From positions 159,403 to 223,402 of the IMG/VR virus record IMGVR_UViG_3300007513_000004: a stretch of 64,000 nucleotides of DNA; one strand, written 5' to 3'. The position numbers and the translations under genes are program-made. The notes under the pieces are model-generated. The model made no database searches. It worked only from the letters and a program-made list of their open reading frames with translations, and was not told the DNA's origin. Below, one piece after another: positions 41,985 through 51,600 of the stretch (its first letter is position 1; each line of letters starts with the position of its first letter).

Positions 41985-42437
41985 TTATTTATCCTTTGTT
42001 ATATTAAATAATCTAGACATATCTTTCGGCATCCTCGTACTCCTAGCGTCTCTAGGCTTGTCTCCAGTATTACCTTGTAAATTAGTATTTTTATACTTAC
42101 CCCGAATAGACTTAACCAATTCATCATTCTTTCTAAATTCTTCTTGAAGTATTTGTCTTTCGAATTCTTCATCTGAAGCAAATCTGTCATCATCCTTAGA
42201 ATCTCTAATATTTCTAATTTTTTGCACAGCTTCAGAATTCCAGAACGAAGCCAAATATTCAGCAAGATCTAGATTATATTCATATTTGTTTTTTTCATCT
42301 TCTTGCAACATTTGGGCGTACCAAAGCCATTGAGCTTCGCTGATATTCTCGAAACGCTCATCGTCAGAAGTGCAACTCCATGTCTTGCATAGAGCCCAGC
42401 GGAGCCTGCTGATTGGCTCCTCGGTTATACTTTTAAA
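41985..42437 (-). CDS. Frameshift (gpT-like) extension of the tail assembly chaperone; predicted 312-aa fusion
   Basis: The frame of the track's 41985..42311 ORF is open back to the slippery site (SITEEPISRLRWALCKTWSCTSDDERFENISEAQWLWYAQ-MLQE...) and is closed by TAG TGA just upstream. There is no start codon in this extension and no SD before ATG 42311. Confidence 0.75.
   Translation of the reverse strand, partial: FKSITEEPISRLRWALCKTWSCTSDDERFENISEAQWLWYAQMLQEDEKNKYEYNLDLAEYLASFWNSEAVQKIRNIRDSKDDDRFASDEEFERQILQEEFRKNDELVKSIRGKYKNTNLQGNTGDKPRDARSTRMPKDMSRLFNITKDK
42401..42437 (-). promoter_or_regulatory. Programmed -1 ribosomal frameshift element: slippery T TTA AAA plus downstream hairpin
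   Basis: X XXY YYZ heptamer in the correct phase at 42437-42431. A 10-nt spacer is followed by the GGAGCC-8nt-GGCTCC stem (42420-42401). Confidence 0.8.
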
Positions 42438-42922
42438 TCTTCTAAACCAATCTCTTCACTAGAGGCTGCTACAAGCTTTTCGTATATTTGATATACTCTT
42501 TCAACAACAACTGACTGCATGTTAAGAACAACATCCAACCTTCTCTCTGCAACGCCCTCTAACTCTTCATTTGCACAAAGATCTTCTAAAGGAACTCCAT
42601 TTACCGACTCAATAACATAAGAAACAGTAACAGGCTTTATGTCTAGCAATCTATCTATCTGATCAAATTGCATCACTGTTTGCATAATTTCCTTTTGCTG
42701 CTTTGTAGATAATGTGGTTATAACAAATTTATATCCAACTATATCCACAACCTCATTTATCTTTCCTAAAAAAATTAAATTTTTCAAATCATCTAGACCG
42801 AGCATTGTTTCATTTGTTTCTTCTTTACGATTGTCGTCTACAACGGGCTCGATCTCTTCTAAGCTATCTTCTTCATTACTTGTATCATTAGAACGACTAA
42901 TCGTGGCGGTTCTCTTTGGCAT
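42425..42922 (-). CDS. Tail assembly chaperone (gpG-like)
   Basis: 165 aa, acidic, between tube and tape measure. Ends in a slippery site. AGGAGA SD. Confidence 0.8.
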   Translation of the reverse strand: MPKRTATISRSNDTSNEEDSLEEIEPVVDDNRKEETNETMLGLDDLKNLIFLGKINEVVDIVGYKFVITTLSTKQQKEIMQTVMQFDQIDRLLDIKPVTVSYVIESVNGVPLEDLCANEELEGVAERRLDVVLNMQSVVVERVYQIYEKLVAASSEEIGLEDLKV

Positions 42923-42979
42923 TGAGTCTCCTTTCTTTAGTTATACTAAAAATGCTATATTATTTTACTTTATATAAAC

Positions 42980-43009
42980 AAAAAACACCATCTTTTAAAA
43001 AGATGGTGT
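42980..43009 (-). terminator. Rho-independent terminator after the tail tube gene
   Basis: ACACCATCTTT-TTA-AAAGATGGTGT (11-bp stem) followed by TTTTT on the minus strand. Confidence 0.75.
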
Positions 43010-43037
43010 CTTTATAATTTAATTTAATTTTTGTATA

Positions 43038-43673
43038 TCAACTATAAGCTGCCGAAATAAGACCCGGGAAGTCCAAGGGACCTCTGCGGTCGCCCATATC
43101 CGCAGCCTGCTCAACTGCATCCACATCGATCTTGGAGGCATCGACCTCTCTGCTGCCACCCACGCCTTGGCTGTTTGCAACCGGCTCGTGTGCTCGCTTG
43201 GAAGATATGAATTCACAATCAATACCAGCAGATTCTGCAATAGTATAATCAGAAGTTTGATAAGTCTTTGATAAATTATTGAACCAGCAATTATGATAAG
43301 TCGTTATAACCGCATCATCACCGTCTCCTGTAAACTTATCAATAACCACTATATCAAACGGCATTCTTTGAGCATGAATATTCTTAAAGCCTCTGGCAAA
43401 AGATTCAGGCAAAGATAAGCCATCAAATACAATTCTGTTAACCTGCAAAGAGAACTTTGCCGGAGACTGAGGAACTAACTCTATTATGCCATCAGTTCCA
43501 ACTTCCGAAATAGGCTTGTTAGATCTTGACTGAGTTTCTTGAAAAGACTGGATCGCGCCGACTGGCTCGCCATTGACATAAACAATAACCTGCGTTGATA
43601 GACCGGTTCTAGTCTTTGCGCCTGTAATTGTAGCGCTATCAAATAAAGTTGATGTATTTGGATAATCTGCCAT
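43038..43673 (-). CDS. Tail tube protein (gp19-like)
   Basis: Directly after the sheath. VGAIQSFQETQSR...EVGTDGIIELVP...LQVNRI...YHNCWFNNLSKTY tube-fold pattern. Confidence 0.85.
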   Translation of the reverse strand: MADYPNTSTLFDSATITGAKTRTGLSTQVIVYVNGEPVGAIQSFQETQSRSNKPISEVGTDGIIELVPQSPAKFSLQVNRIVFDGLSLPESFARGFKNIHAQRMPFDIVVIDKFTGDGDDAVITTYHNCWFNNLSKTYQTSDYTIAESAGIDCEFISSKRAHEPVANSQGVGGSREVDASKIDVDAVEQAADMGDRRGPLDFPGLISAAYS

Positions 43674-43685
43674 TATTTTCTCCTA

Positions 43686-46600
43686 TTATATGACCCCAAC
43701 TTCTATATCTATAAAGATGTAATTTATAGGATAAGCTGGAGAGAACTGTAAAAATACGTTAATCTGTCTTGGGTCAACCTTATCTTGTTCAACCCTAACA
43801 TTCTTATACTGAGTGACCAACCCTTGAGCAATTAGTGCCGACATAATCGAACTAACCCTAGCTCCAACAAGGTTGTTTGTATCTCCGCTTTGTACTCCGC
43901 CTATAAATCCCTTAAGAGAGTTTCTCAAAACTCGTTTAACGGTGTCTCTAATGAAGATAATAGAGATTTCTTCATCCTCAACAAATCCTGATTGACTTGT
44001 TGTTCTGCCTGCCAAAACCTTTCCGCCTCCGGTTACTGGCTCAACAACTGTTGCGCCGACGTTACCAAGGCCATTTAAAATGACAGGTCTAAAAATCTTG
44101 TCTCTGGTTAATGCAAATCCAGATAATGTCTTGTATGTTAACGGAAGAGCTACATTCTGTCTTGCCGATAGCCACCCAGAAGCTGCTGCGGCCATATAAA
44201 ACCCGTGTAGATTAACATTTGTTCCATTTACATTTCTAACAATCGTATCTGGGAACATATAAACACATCTGTTGCTCGTATAGTTATCACTTAGCTTGAA
44301 GTTTACAAGGTCTTCCACATTATCATCAAGAACCTCTTCTGGATCATCTCCCTGAATTCCTTCAAGAATTCCGATATCTTCGACCGCAACCTCTTCTGTT
44401 CCGATTAAAGCAGCGGCTGAAACCCCCATTTGCGCTCCGATAAATGCCACCCTCTCCATCCTGTTTGCAACAGAACTCATGTTCTCACAGTGATTAACTG
44501 TTGCTCTAAAGATTGAAGAAATAGCCTGAGTTGGAAGAGGTACGATGATTTGAGCATCCGCAGCCTCAAGCGCCTCAAGCGCGTTAAACCAATTTGTATC
44601 AAAATAATCTGAATCATTTTCGTCTACATAAGAAATCTTAAGACCATCACCATCCTGAAGAACGCCGCTAGTTACAAGATCTTCATGAAGAAGAAGACAA
44701 GCATCATCAGGGGTGCTAGAAGGATCCTTGATGAAGAAGTTAATATCTTCATATTCAGCCGCAAGAGTTATAGCCTCACCATCGCTGGCCCTCACAACAT
44801 ATGCTTTTGAATCATCTGTTACTGCGCTTATTGTAAGCTCGACCTCATCAACTCCATCATTATCCAGCCCCAGCGCTCCAGAAACCTGCTCTTTACTTGT
44901 TAAAGCCGTTCTGCTATCCCAAGCTTCTCCGGCATTTTCCATGCTTGTAACGACAATTGTCATCCCAACATGTTCTCCGTCAAAATCAAATTCTGGAGTT
45001 GTGAAGTAAAATCCATCATCATCTTCGGCAATTTCGCCTTCGATTCCATTTCCAACAATGTCCTCATCTATATTTACAACCGTATATGAGAAAGCATTAT
45101 CAGAACTTCCTATCCAATTATATTGCTGGATATCTGATTCAAGCTGAGAGTTATAAAAGTCTACTTTATTCGGGAAAACCTGTGTTTCTTCGCCATCTCT
45201 TACAATAAAAATGTTAACCCTAGAGTCTGCATCAGGTCGGCCATTTCTAAGGCCTGTAATTGGTCTTGAGATAACGAACCTAAGATCATCTACTTCGCAA
45301 CCAGATCCACAATCTGGAAATCCACCGACTCCCAAAGAATCTCTTTCTTCTAATAGAGTTGCGGTTGTTCTTCTTGGGATTGCAGGCTTGCATTGAAGCG
45401 CAAGAATTGCTGGCGCCCCATTCTCCATGGCCATCTGTGACCCAAGAGAAAGAGTGTTGTCTTCGCTTGGGTTTCCGTGCTTCGTAAATAATGAATTAGC
45501 ACCTGTAAAAAACTCTGGATCATTAAGATCACCTTCGAAAACATATTTTGCCTCTAAGTTATCGCCCAAAGCTAAAGCTCTTGAGTTTACATCAATATAG
45601 AACTTATCCCCCACCTCGAATGGAACCGCACCCTCTTCTATTCCTAATAGTAAAATTCCATTATTTTCTAACATATGGAATGTAAGGCCTGTGTCTGATA
45701 AACCACCGGTACCCTCTAAGTCTGGAAGGCCTGTACTTTCATCGTCAAGAGCATGAAGTCTAAGCCTTCTGGTTGAAGTAATTGCGCTAACAGTATACCT
45801 GCCTCCATTGGAGTTCGTTCCTGCGCACATCACCACAGTCTTTCCTACATCGCCGCTTGTAAAGCTGCCCTCAGTAGTTGGCGCTCCAGTTGTAGTATTG
45901 TGAAGAACATCCTCATCATCTATCAACAGGTTTGTCGCCCGGATCTCCCAATCCATATCAGTCCAATCGGCGGGGCCAAGACTGTCTGTAGTAAGAGTTA
46001 TTGTTGTGTCTGTTCCATCATATTCTAAATCTTCTATTTCATATCCTGCATAACCATCTATGCATAAAAAGTCTCCCGCCATGGCCTGACCCTGAGTAAC
46101 AATATCGGCACCAGCAACAACAAAAGTATCAGTCGTAGATTCTGTTTCATCCCCACTCTTTAGAGTTGCAGAGCCCTGGGGGAATGCAAGTCCGGAGACA
46201 TCTCCGTAAGCTACAACAAACCCATCTGTGCATTCGTCTGAAGTTCCAGAGATTGCTCCATCTCCACTGGTGTAATATGAACTGTGAAAGGCCATCGGGC
46301 TTCCTGCGGAATCATAAATCTGTCCAGATTCAGACCCTGTAACGCTAAACGTGGCCAGCCCAGGAATGGGATCGCCATTTGAATCTCTTACGACACTTAC
46401 GCATCTTACGGTCCACCTCTCTGCCGGAGCAGAGTCATCAAGTACATCCAGGGTAATAAACGGATCACAACTTGCATCTTCAATGATTGTTCCCGTTCCT
46501 ATATTCATACTTGCTGCAGAATATCCCTTTCCGTCCTGATCGCCAATAGAGGCTCCCTGCAGCTCAATGCATCCTGTTGCAGGATCTAATCTAAAGTCAA

Positions 46601-46928
46601 AGGCTGAATCAAAACCATTTGCATCAATCTCATCTTCCTTTCCAAAAAGAAGAGTTCCGTTTAATCGAAGCTCTGTTCTTCCGCTAACGACAGGAATGTT
46701 TTGAAGCTCAAAAAAGCGCCCATCACCGCTACCGGTGGGGCTGCAATCTGCCGCTCCATCCTCTCCGCCGCCTGCTGCGGCCTGAACAATGGTCTCCTCC
46801 CTGAGGCCTTCGCCCATAACACAAACTATTCTTATTCCGCCTGGGATAGAGACCCCACGGGAAAGAACCCTATCTCTTGCAAATGCTCCAGGCTGAATGA
46901 AACCTGAAATGCCGGGTATATTAGCCAT
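43686..46928 (-). CDS. Contractile tail sheath protein with large insertion (1080 aa)
   Basis: Canonical sheath C-terminus (EEISIIFIRDTVKRVLRNSL...LIAQGLV...DPRQINVFLQFSPAYPINYIFI). N-terminal PGAF motif. GGAGG SD. Confidence 0.93.
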   Translation of the reverse strand: MANIPGISGFIQPGAFARDRVLSRGVSIPGGIRIVCVMGEGLREETIVQAAAGGGEDGAADCSPTGSGDGRFFELQNIPVVSGRTELRLNGTLLFGKEDEIDANGFDSAFDFRLDPATGCIELQGASIGDQDGKGYSAASMNIGTGTIIEDASCDPFITLDVLDDSAPAERWTVRCVSVVRDSNGDPIPGLATFSVTGSESGQIYDSAGSPMAFHSSYYTSGDGAISGTSDECTDGFVVAYGDVSGLAFPQGSATLKSGDETESTTDTFVVAGADIVTQGQAMAGDFLCIDGYAGYEIEDLEYDGTDTTITLTTDSLGPADWTDMDWEIRATNLLIDDEDVLHNTTTGAPTTEGSFTSGDVGKTVVMCAGTNSNGGRYTVSAITSTRRLRLHALDDESTGLPDLEGTGGLSDTGLTFHMLENNGILLLGIEEGAVPFEVGDKFYIDVNSRALALGDNLEAKYVFEGDLNDPEFFTGANSLFTKHGNPSEDNTLSLGSQMAMENGAPAILALQCKPAIPRRTTATLLEERDSLGVGGFPDCGSGCEVDDLRFVISRPITGLRNGRPDADSRVNIFIVRDGEETQVFPNKVDFYNSQLESDIQQYNWIGSSDNAFSYTVVNIDEDIVGNGIEGEIAEDDDGFYFTTPEFDFDGEHVGMTIVVTSMENAGEAWDSRTALTSKEQVSGALGLDNDGVDEVELTISAVTDDSKAYVVRASDGEAITLAAEYEDINFFIKDPSSTPDDACLLLHEDLVTSGVLQDGDGLKISYVDENDSDYFDTNWFNALEALEAADAQIIVPLPTQAISSIFRATVNHCENMSSVANRMERVAFIGAQMGVSAAALIGTEEVAVEDIGILEGIQGDDPEEVLDDNVEDLVNFKLSDNYTSNRCVYMFPDTIVRNVNGTNVNLHGFYMAAAASGWLSARQNVALPLTYKTLSGFALTRDKIFRPVILNGLGNVGATVVEPVTGGGKVLAGRTTSQSGFVEDEEISIIFIRDTVKRVLRNSLKGFIGGVQSGDTNNLVGARVSSIMSALIAQGLVTQYKNVRVEQDKVDPRQINVFLQFSPAYPINYIFIDIEVGVI

Positions 46929-46971
46929 TTATAAATCCTCCACGCTTGCGATAACTCACCAAATTATTTAT

Positions 46972-46979
46972 TATTAGTA
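46972..46979 (-). promoter_or_regulatory. Candidate late-promoter octamer TACTAATA
   Basis: Intergenic, 43 nt upstream of the sheath ATG. Confidence 0.45.
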
Positions 46980-47000
46980 GTTTCATTTTTCTATAATCTT

Positions 47001-47810
47001 TTAAAAAATTTCTGTTAATTCAATGATATCATCGAACCTACTAGACAGAACATCTGCCTCAGTTTTAACTCCTGGAATTGGATGCCACGTCGGCTGAATA
47101 CTAAATGCTATTTTTTCAACAACATTTTCAATCGGAATCTCAACCCTCCACTCGGAAAAAGTACTTAAACTAATGCTTGTGTTATATACATAGTCATTAG
47201 CATACGGCTCCGCTGCTTCTGCGCCAATTCTTAATTGACTTACAAATAAACCATTTGCCCTTAGCTCATTCCATAGCACATACTGTATTGCCATTGAAAC
47301 TATATCAACCAATTCTTCCAATTCACTTTGACTTTCAGAATGAATTCCCAATTCGAAACCTAACTCCCAACGTCCTGCGTAAACCCTATGAGTGGGAGTG
47401 CTAACAAGCCTTCTTGCGCCATAATCCGTCTCTACCATATCGGTTCTATACTTATAAGTCATATTTTGATTAAAAGACACTGGCTTATAAGATCCGCCGC
47501 TTGACTTTACAACAATTGCTGGAAAAAACTTAACTTCATATCTGTATGCATCACTTATCAATATTTTAGTGGTAAACTCTGAGTCTACATCAATGCCTGT
47601 TTGGTCTGGAGTCAAAGGATAACCATATTCATCATCTCGATATGTAAAGATGGAATCATTTCTAAAGACATTTCTCAAACCATCAATCAATAATGTTTTA
47701 GGATGTACTATTGCTGTTTGCTGAACAATATAGTTATCAGTGAAAAAACTTGAATAAACAACATGATCGCCATTAAGGCCAGATCCTGGTAAATTCTGTT
47801 CGTCAATCAT
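47001..47810 (-). CDS. Tail terminator / tail completion protein (gp15-like)
   Basis: FPAIVVKS...WELGFELGIHSESQSELEELVDIV pattern. Immediately upstream of the sheath. Confidence 0.65.
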   Translation of the reverse strand: MIDEQNLPGSGLNGDHVVYSSFFTDNYIVQQTAIVHPKTLLIDGLRNVFRNDSIFTYRDDEYGYPLTPDQTGIDVDSEFTTKILISDAYRYEVKFFPAIVVKSSGGSYKPVSFNQNMTYKYRTDMVETDYGARRLVSTPTHRVYAGRWELGFELGIHSESQSELEELVDIVSMAIQYVLWNELRANGLFVSQLRIGAEAAEPYANDYVYNTSISLSTFSEWRVEIPIENVVEKIAFSIQPTWHPIPGVKTEADVLSSRFDDIIELTEIF

Positions 47811-48154
47811 TTCTTATAATCCCTAAACTGTAACGGTAAATATTTCAAGTCTTCGATACTGGAGGCTTGTTCACAAAAATGTTTAATCTCTCTAACATAC
47901 TTATCTAACTTTTCTTTATTTTTTAAATCATCAGCATCGAGTATAATAGTTTTTTTGAACATTAACTCTGTAACAATCTCACCATTATTAGCATCTAAAT
48001 TACCAGAAACCATCTCTATAGAATTATTGTCAGAAACGATATTAACGCTTCGACTCATTTCTTTCTTAAGAAAATCAGATAGATTTTGAATCGTTCGTTC
48101 TAGAATATTATTCTTTCTTCTTTTTTTACTAAAAATTTTAACAGCAAACATCAC
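47807..48154 (-). CDS. Hypothetical protein (about 115 aa; start GTG 48154 or ATG 48151)
   Basis: Stop/start overlaps with both neighbours, consistent with translational coupling. Confidence 0.6.
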   Translation of the reverse strand: MMFAVKIFSKKRRKNNILERTIQNLSDFLKKEMSRSVNIVSDNNSIEMVSGNLDANNGEIVTELMFKKTIILDADDLKNKEKLDKYVREIKHFCEQASSIEDLKYLPLQFRDYKK

Positions 48155-48630
48155 CTTACCTCGTAGTCAGAAATATCATCAGCCAAATCTATCACTATGT
48201 TTATTGGCTTGAATTTCTTATGAATATATTCTACTCCGTATTTTCCCGAAGGCAATCTTACTTCCCAATATCCGTCACTATTGGTTTTTGCATTTTTAAC
48301 AAGCTTGTTATTTCCATCGTAAACATTAACTATAACATCATAAATTGGAACCTTGGACTTGTTAACAATAAATCCATGTGTTTTTATATTTCCCAAAACT
48401 AATCTATCAACCTTTTGCTGTTTTTGTGTAGGCCGATTTGAAGAAGGCTCCTTAATTACGGGAGAAGCAGTCACTGCTGCGGCTGCATTTTTATTAAGTT
48501 TTGAAACTTTATTGCTTAAGAGTTTTACATTATCATCTACAACCTGCACTCGTTTATCAAGGGTTTCCAATTTATCTAAAATTTCATAAATAGCATCTAT
48601 GGCCGATTGTTCTTTTGTCTTAGACATCAC
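48151..48630 (-). CDS. Hypothetical protein: N-terminal coiled coil plus prealbumin-like (carboxypeptidase-regulatory/SdrD-B-like) beta domain
   Basis: Heptads (LDKLETLDKRVQVVDDNVKLLSNKV), then VIVNVYD...TNSDGYWEVRLPSGKYGVEY. GGAGGA SD. Confidence 0.6.
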   Translation of the reverse strand: MMSKTKEQSAIDAIYEILDKLETLDKRVQVVDDNVKLLSNKVSKLNKNAAAAVTASPVIKEPSSNRPTQKQQKVDRLVLGNIKTHGFIVNKSKVPIYDVIVNVYDGNNKLVKNAKTNSDGYWEVRLPSGKYGVEYIHKKFKPINIVIDLADDISDYEVR

Positions 48631-48635
48631 TCCTC

Positions 48636-51600
48636 CTAGTAATCATCATCTGATACGTTATTCGCCTCTACGTACCCATAGAATGTAGAGTTGTTCAGTC
48701 CAGACTCAGCCCCAATACCATAAGGGCCAGTCGTTTGGTCTGTTACATTTATTGAAATGTTTCCATTTATAATAACATTATTAACGTAGCTGCCGCCATC
48801 CCAATAAATAGCCCCGTCGCCCCAGCCTATAGAATCAAAAAAACAATCTTTTACAATCAAATTGCCGAAATATAGCCCAGAACCACGGCCCTGCCTAACA
48901 GCCCACTCCCATGGCTCAGCGTCATTTACACTAGTCCGTGTTCCATTGTCAATTCCTATACAATTTATTTTAGAAAGCCTAAAAGTAGCCTCTGGAGAGC
49001 TGGTTGAGCTTCCAGTGCTAGATATTTCTTGAGCTACTTCAACAATAGAGCCTCGGTCTGTAAAGGATTCATGCTGTTTATATGTAAAACTTTCAAGCGT
49101 TACTCCATAAACTATATCCTCAGAAGAAGATCTGTTTCCGGGCTCTCCTCCTCCTATATAAATTAACACACTTTGATCAGCAGAACTTCCACCGACCAGC
49201 AGCTCTCCGCTTCGCTGTATTATAGTGTTTGGCCCAGCGCCGCTAAGTATCAAGTCAAAATCAATAATAATTGTTTCAGAAACATTATATGTCCCTTCTT
49301 TTAGAAAAATATTTGGGGTTCCCATTTTTGGAAATAATTTTGAAAACATTCTCGCATAATCTACGGCAGCCTTAATATCTGTAAAGTGTCCAAACCTTTG
49401 ATCATTGGCAACCGTTATATCACCAATAAGCTTATGGTCAATATGATCTATAAACAATCTAAGATCTGTTACCGTTGTTGTCTCCCCAGAAGTATCTACT
49501 TCCACATAAGCAAGATTTGCTACGGCCTGACCCGCAAATGGCGACACATACTCTGCACCAGCACCTGCTCGATCAACCTCGTTTTCAACAATAATACATC
49601 CACTTCCATCCAAAGCTATATAAAAATTATCTGTATCATTATAATCCTCAACACCCCCATCGTATTTGTAAACAAGATCTGTAACTCCCAAGTATTCAAA
49701 CCTTACACCGTTTACTACTGCAACTCCTGGGTTTATAGTTATCTTGCATGTACTGCTATCCACATATGTAATGCTATCTATATCTGTAGCTCGAATTACT
49801 CCGCTTGTTCTTAATTCATTTCTTGGACCCTGTATGTATCTTTCAAGAAATGCTTCTCCAATGATTGTATCATCAACAGTTCCTGTGATTCTTTTGTTCC
49901 TTACAGTCGGAACTGCTCCACCGGTTTCAGATGCAGATCCTAAAATAAATCCAAAATCAGCCGAATAAACCCCTCTGCACAAATGCAACACGCTACTTGG
50001 AAGATCATCATAGCCTATTAACACCGATGTCTGTTCTGAAAGTGGCGGGCCTGATGCTAAAACCTCCAAAACTATATACGACATCTTATCTCTGGAAAAA
50101 ACCTTATATTCTCCGGTTGCACCCACAAAGGTCTCCTCCCCCTCACTCCCCGGCGTCACATCATAAGGGGGCGTTGTAGACTCTCCAACCGTGGTTCCCA
50201 AATAAGCCATACCATCGGTTGTTACTGTTACAACATAAATATCATCCGCTTGAATAAAGCCTCCTGACACATCTGAAACAATGGCATAAAATCCGGCTGT
50301 TTCAATATGCCTTACAGTGTCTAGTTTCTTTTTATAAAAAATATCTTTATTTTGATCAACGAATACATCAAACATAATAAGACCATCGGTCTCAAGAAAC
50401 TCCATCTCTCCGATTGGGGCTGTACACCTTATTACAAAAACTGAAGAATCATCCGAAATCTCCCCTTGTAATGCTGGAGTTCCAGATGTAGGATCCAATA
50501 TTATTGTATTTGCAGATACATTACGAATTCTGAAAGTACCATCGTCTCCAGATTCTGTAGAGCCGTCAATTACACATAAATCACCAGTTCTAATATCATC
50601 TGCTATAAAGTCTGTAGATACAGAGCTCAAATACATTGTTCCTGCAGCAATAAGTATAGAGTCATCTCCATACTTCTTTATCTTTCCAAAATCTTCTAAA
50701 AGTCTTCCATTAATATGATAAGCGTTTCCCCCAGAGCCTTCAACCTCTCTGTCCAAAAGATATGATAGCCCCAAGACTTCTGCCGCATCAGTTGTTGCTG
50801 CGACCAATTTGATTGTTCTGTTTTTAGAATCTTCTGCAAAGCTTGGCAAAACGTGCGTAATTGCCAACTCATAACATCTTAATGATCTTATCTTATATGC
50901 AAAAATGTTTAAGTTATTAGCTACAGCATAATCATTTATTTTAAAAACAATTGTATCAAGATTTTGAATATCAAAGTCTTCATCATAAACTGTTATCTCA
51001 ACTGTATCTCCTCCGTCTATTTCCAAGGCAATCATATCAGCCACGCCATCTTCAAGACTCGTTGGCTTTATTCCGGACGATATAATTGTTGCTGCATTCG
51101 GAAGGGCCACTTGAACATCTGGCGTATTAGATTTATCGTATCTAGGTCTAACGCTACAGTTTAATCCATTCTCATTATAATTTACAAATTGATTTTTAGT
51201 TATCTTAGCCGTCGTTCCTTCTTCAATCTCATTTACTGGACCGCCAAATATCATTACATAATCTACATCACCTTCGTCGGTCAATGCTACAGATGCAATT
51301 AAATATTCTGTATTATCTTCTTCAAACGAAGAATCTACAACGGAAAGTATATCAAAAGGCTTTGGGGCGGTCGTTGGTGTTGGCGGGGTTGAAAAAGATA
51401 CTTTAGATGTGCTTTTATCATTTGGACCATCATAAATTATTTCGCTGGCCTCTGTCAGCAGCGTGCCTATCTCATTCCCCTCCCAGGCATTATAGGAAGA
51501 ACCCGTTCTTATTATTCCATTCGAATTGAAGTTAAGATTTGAATTTCTGAGCCCCTCTCCTTCCAATTCTGCTAAATCATCAATGGCTCCTTGAACACTT

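Noticed and set aside
2182-47810. Interpretation as an extracellular contractile injection system (Afp/PVC) or T6SS
   Set aside because: No Afp15-like AAA ATPase, DUF4255 cap or Tss membrane complex was recognised. The frameshifting chaperone, tape measure, neck-like gene and holin-like gene favour a phage tail.
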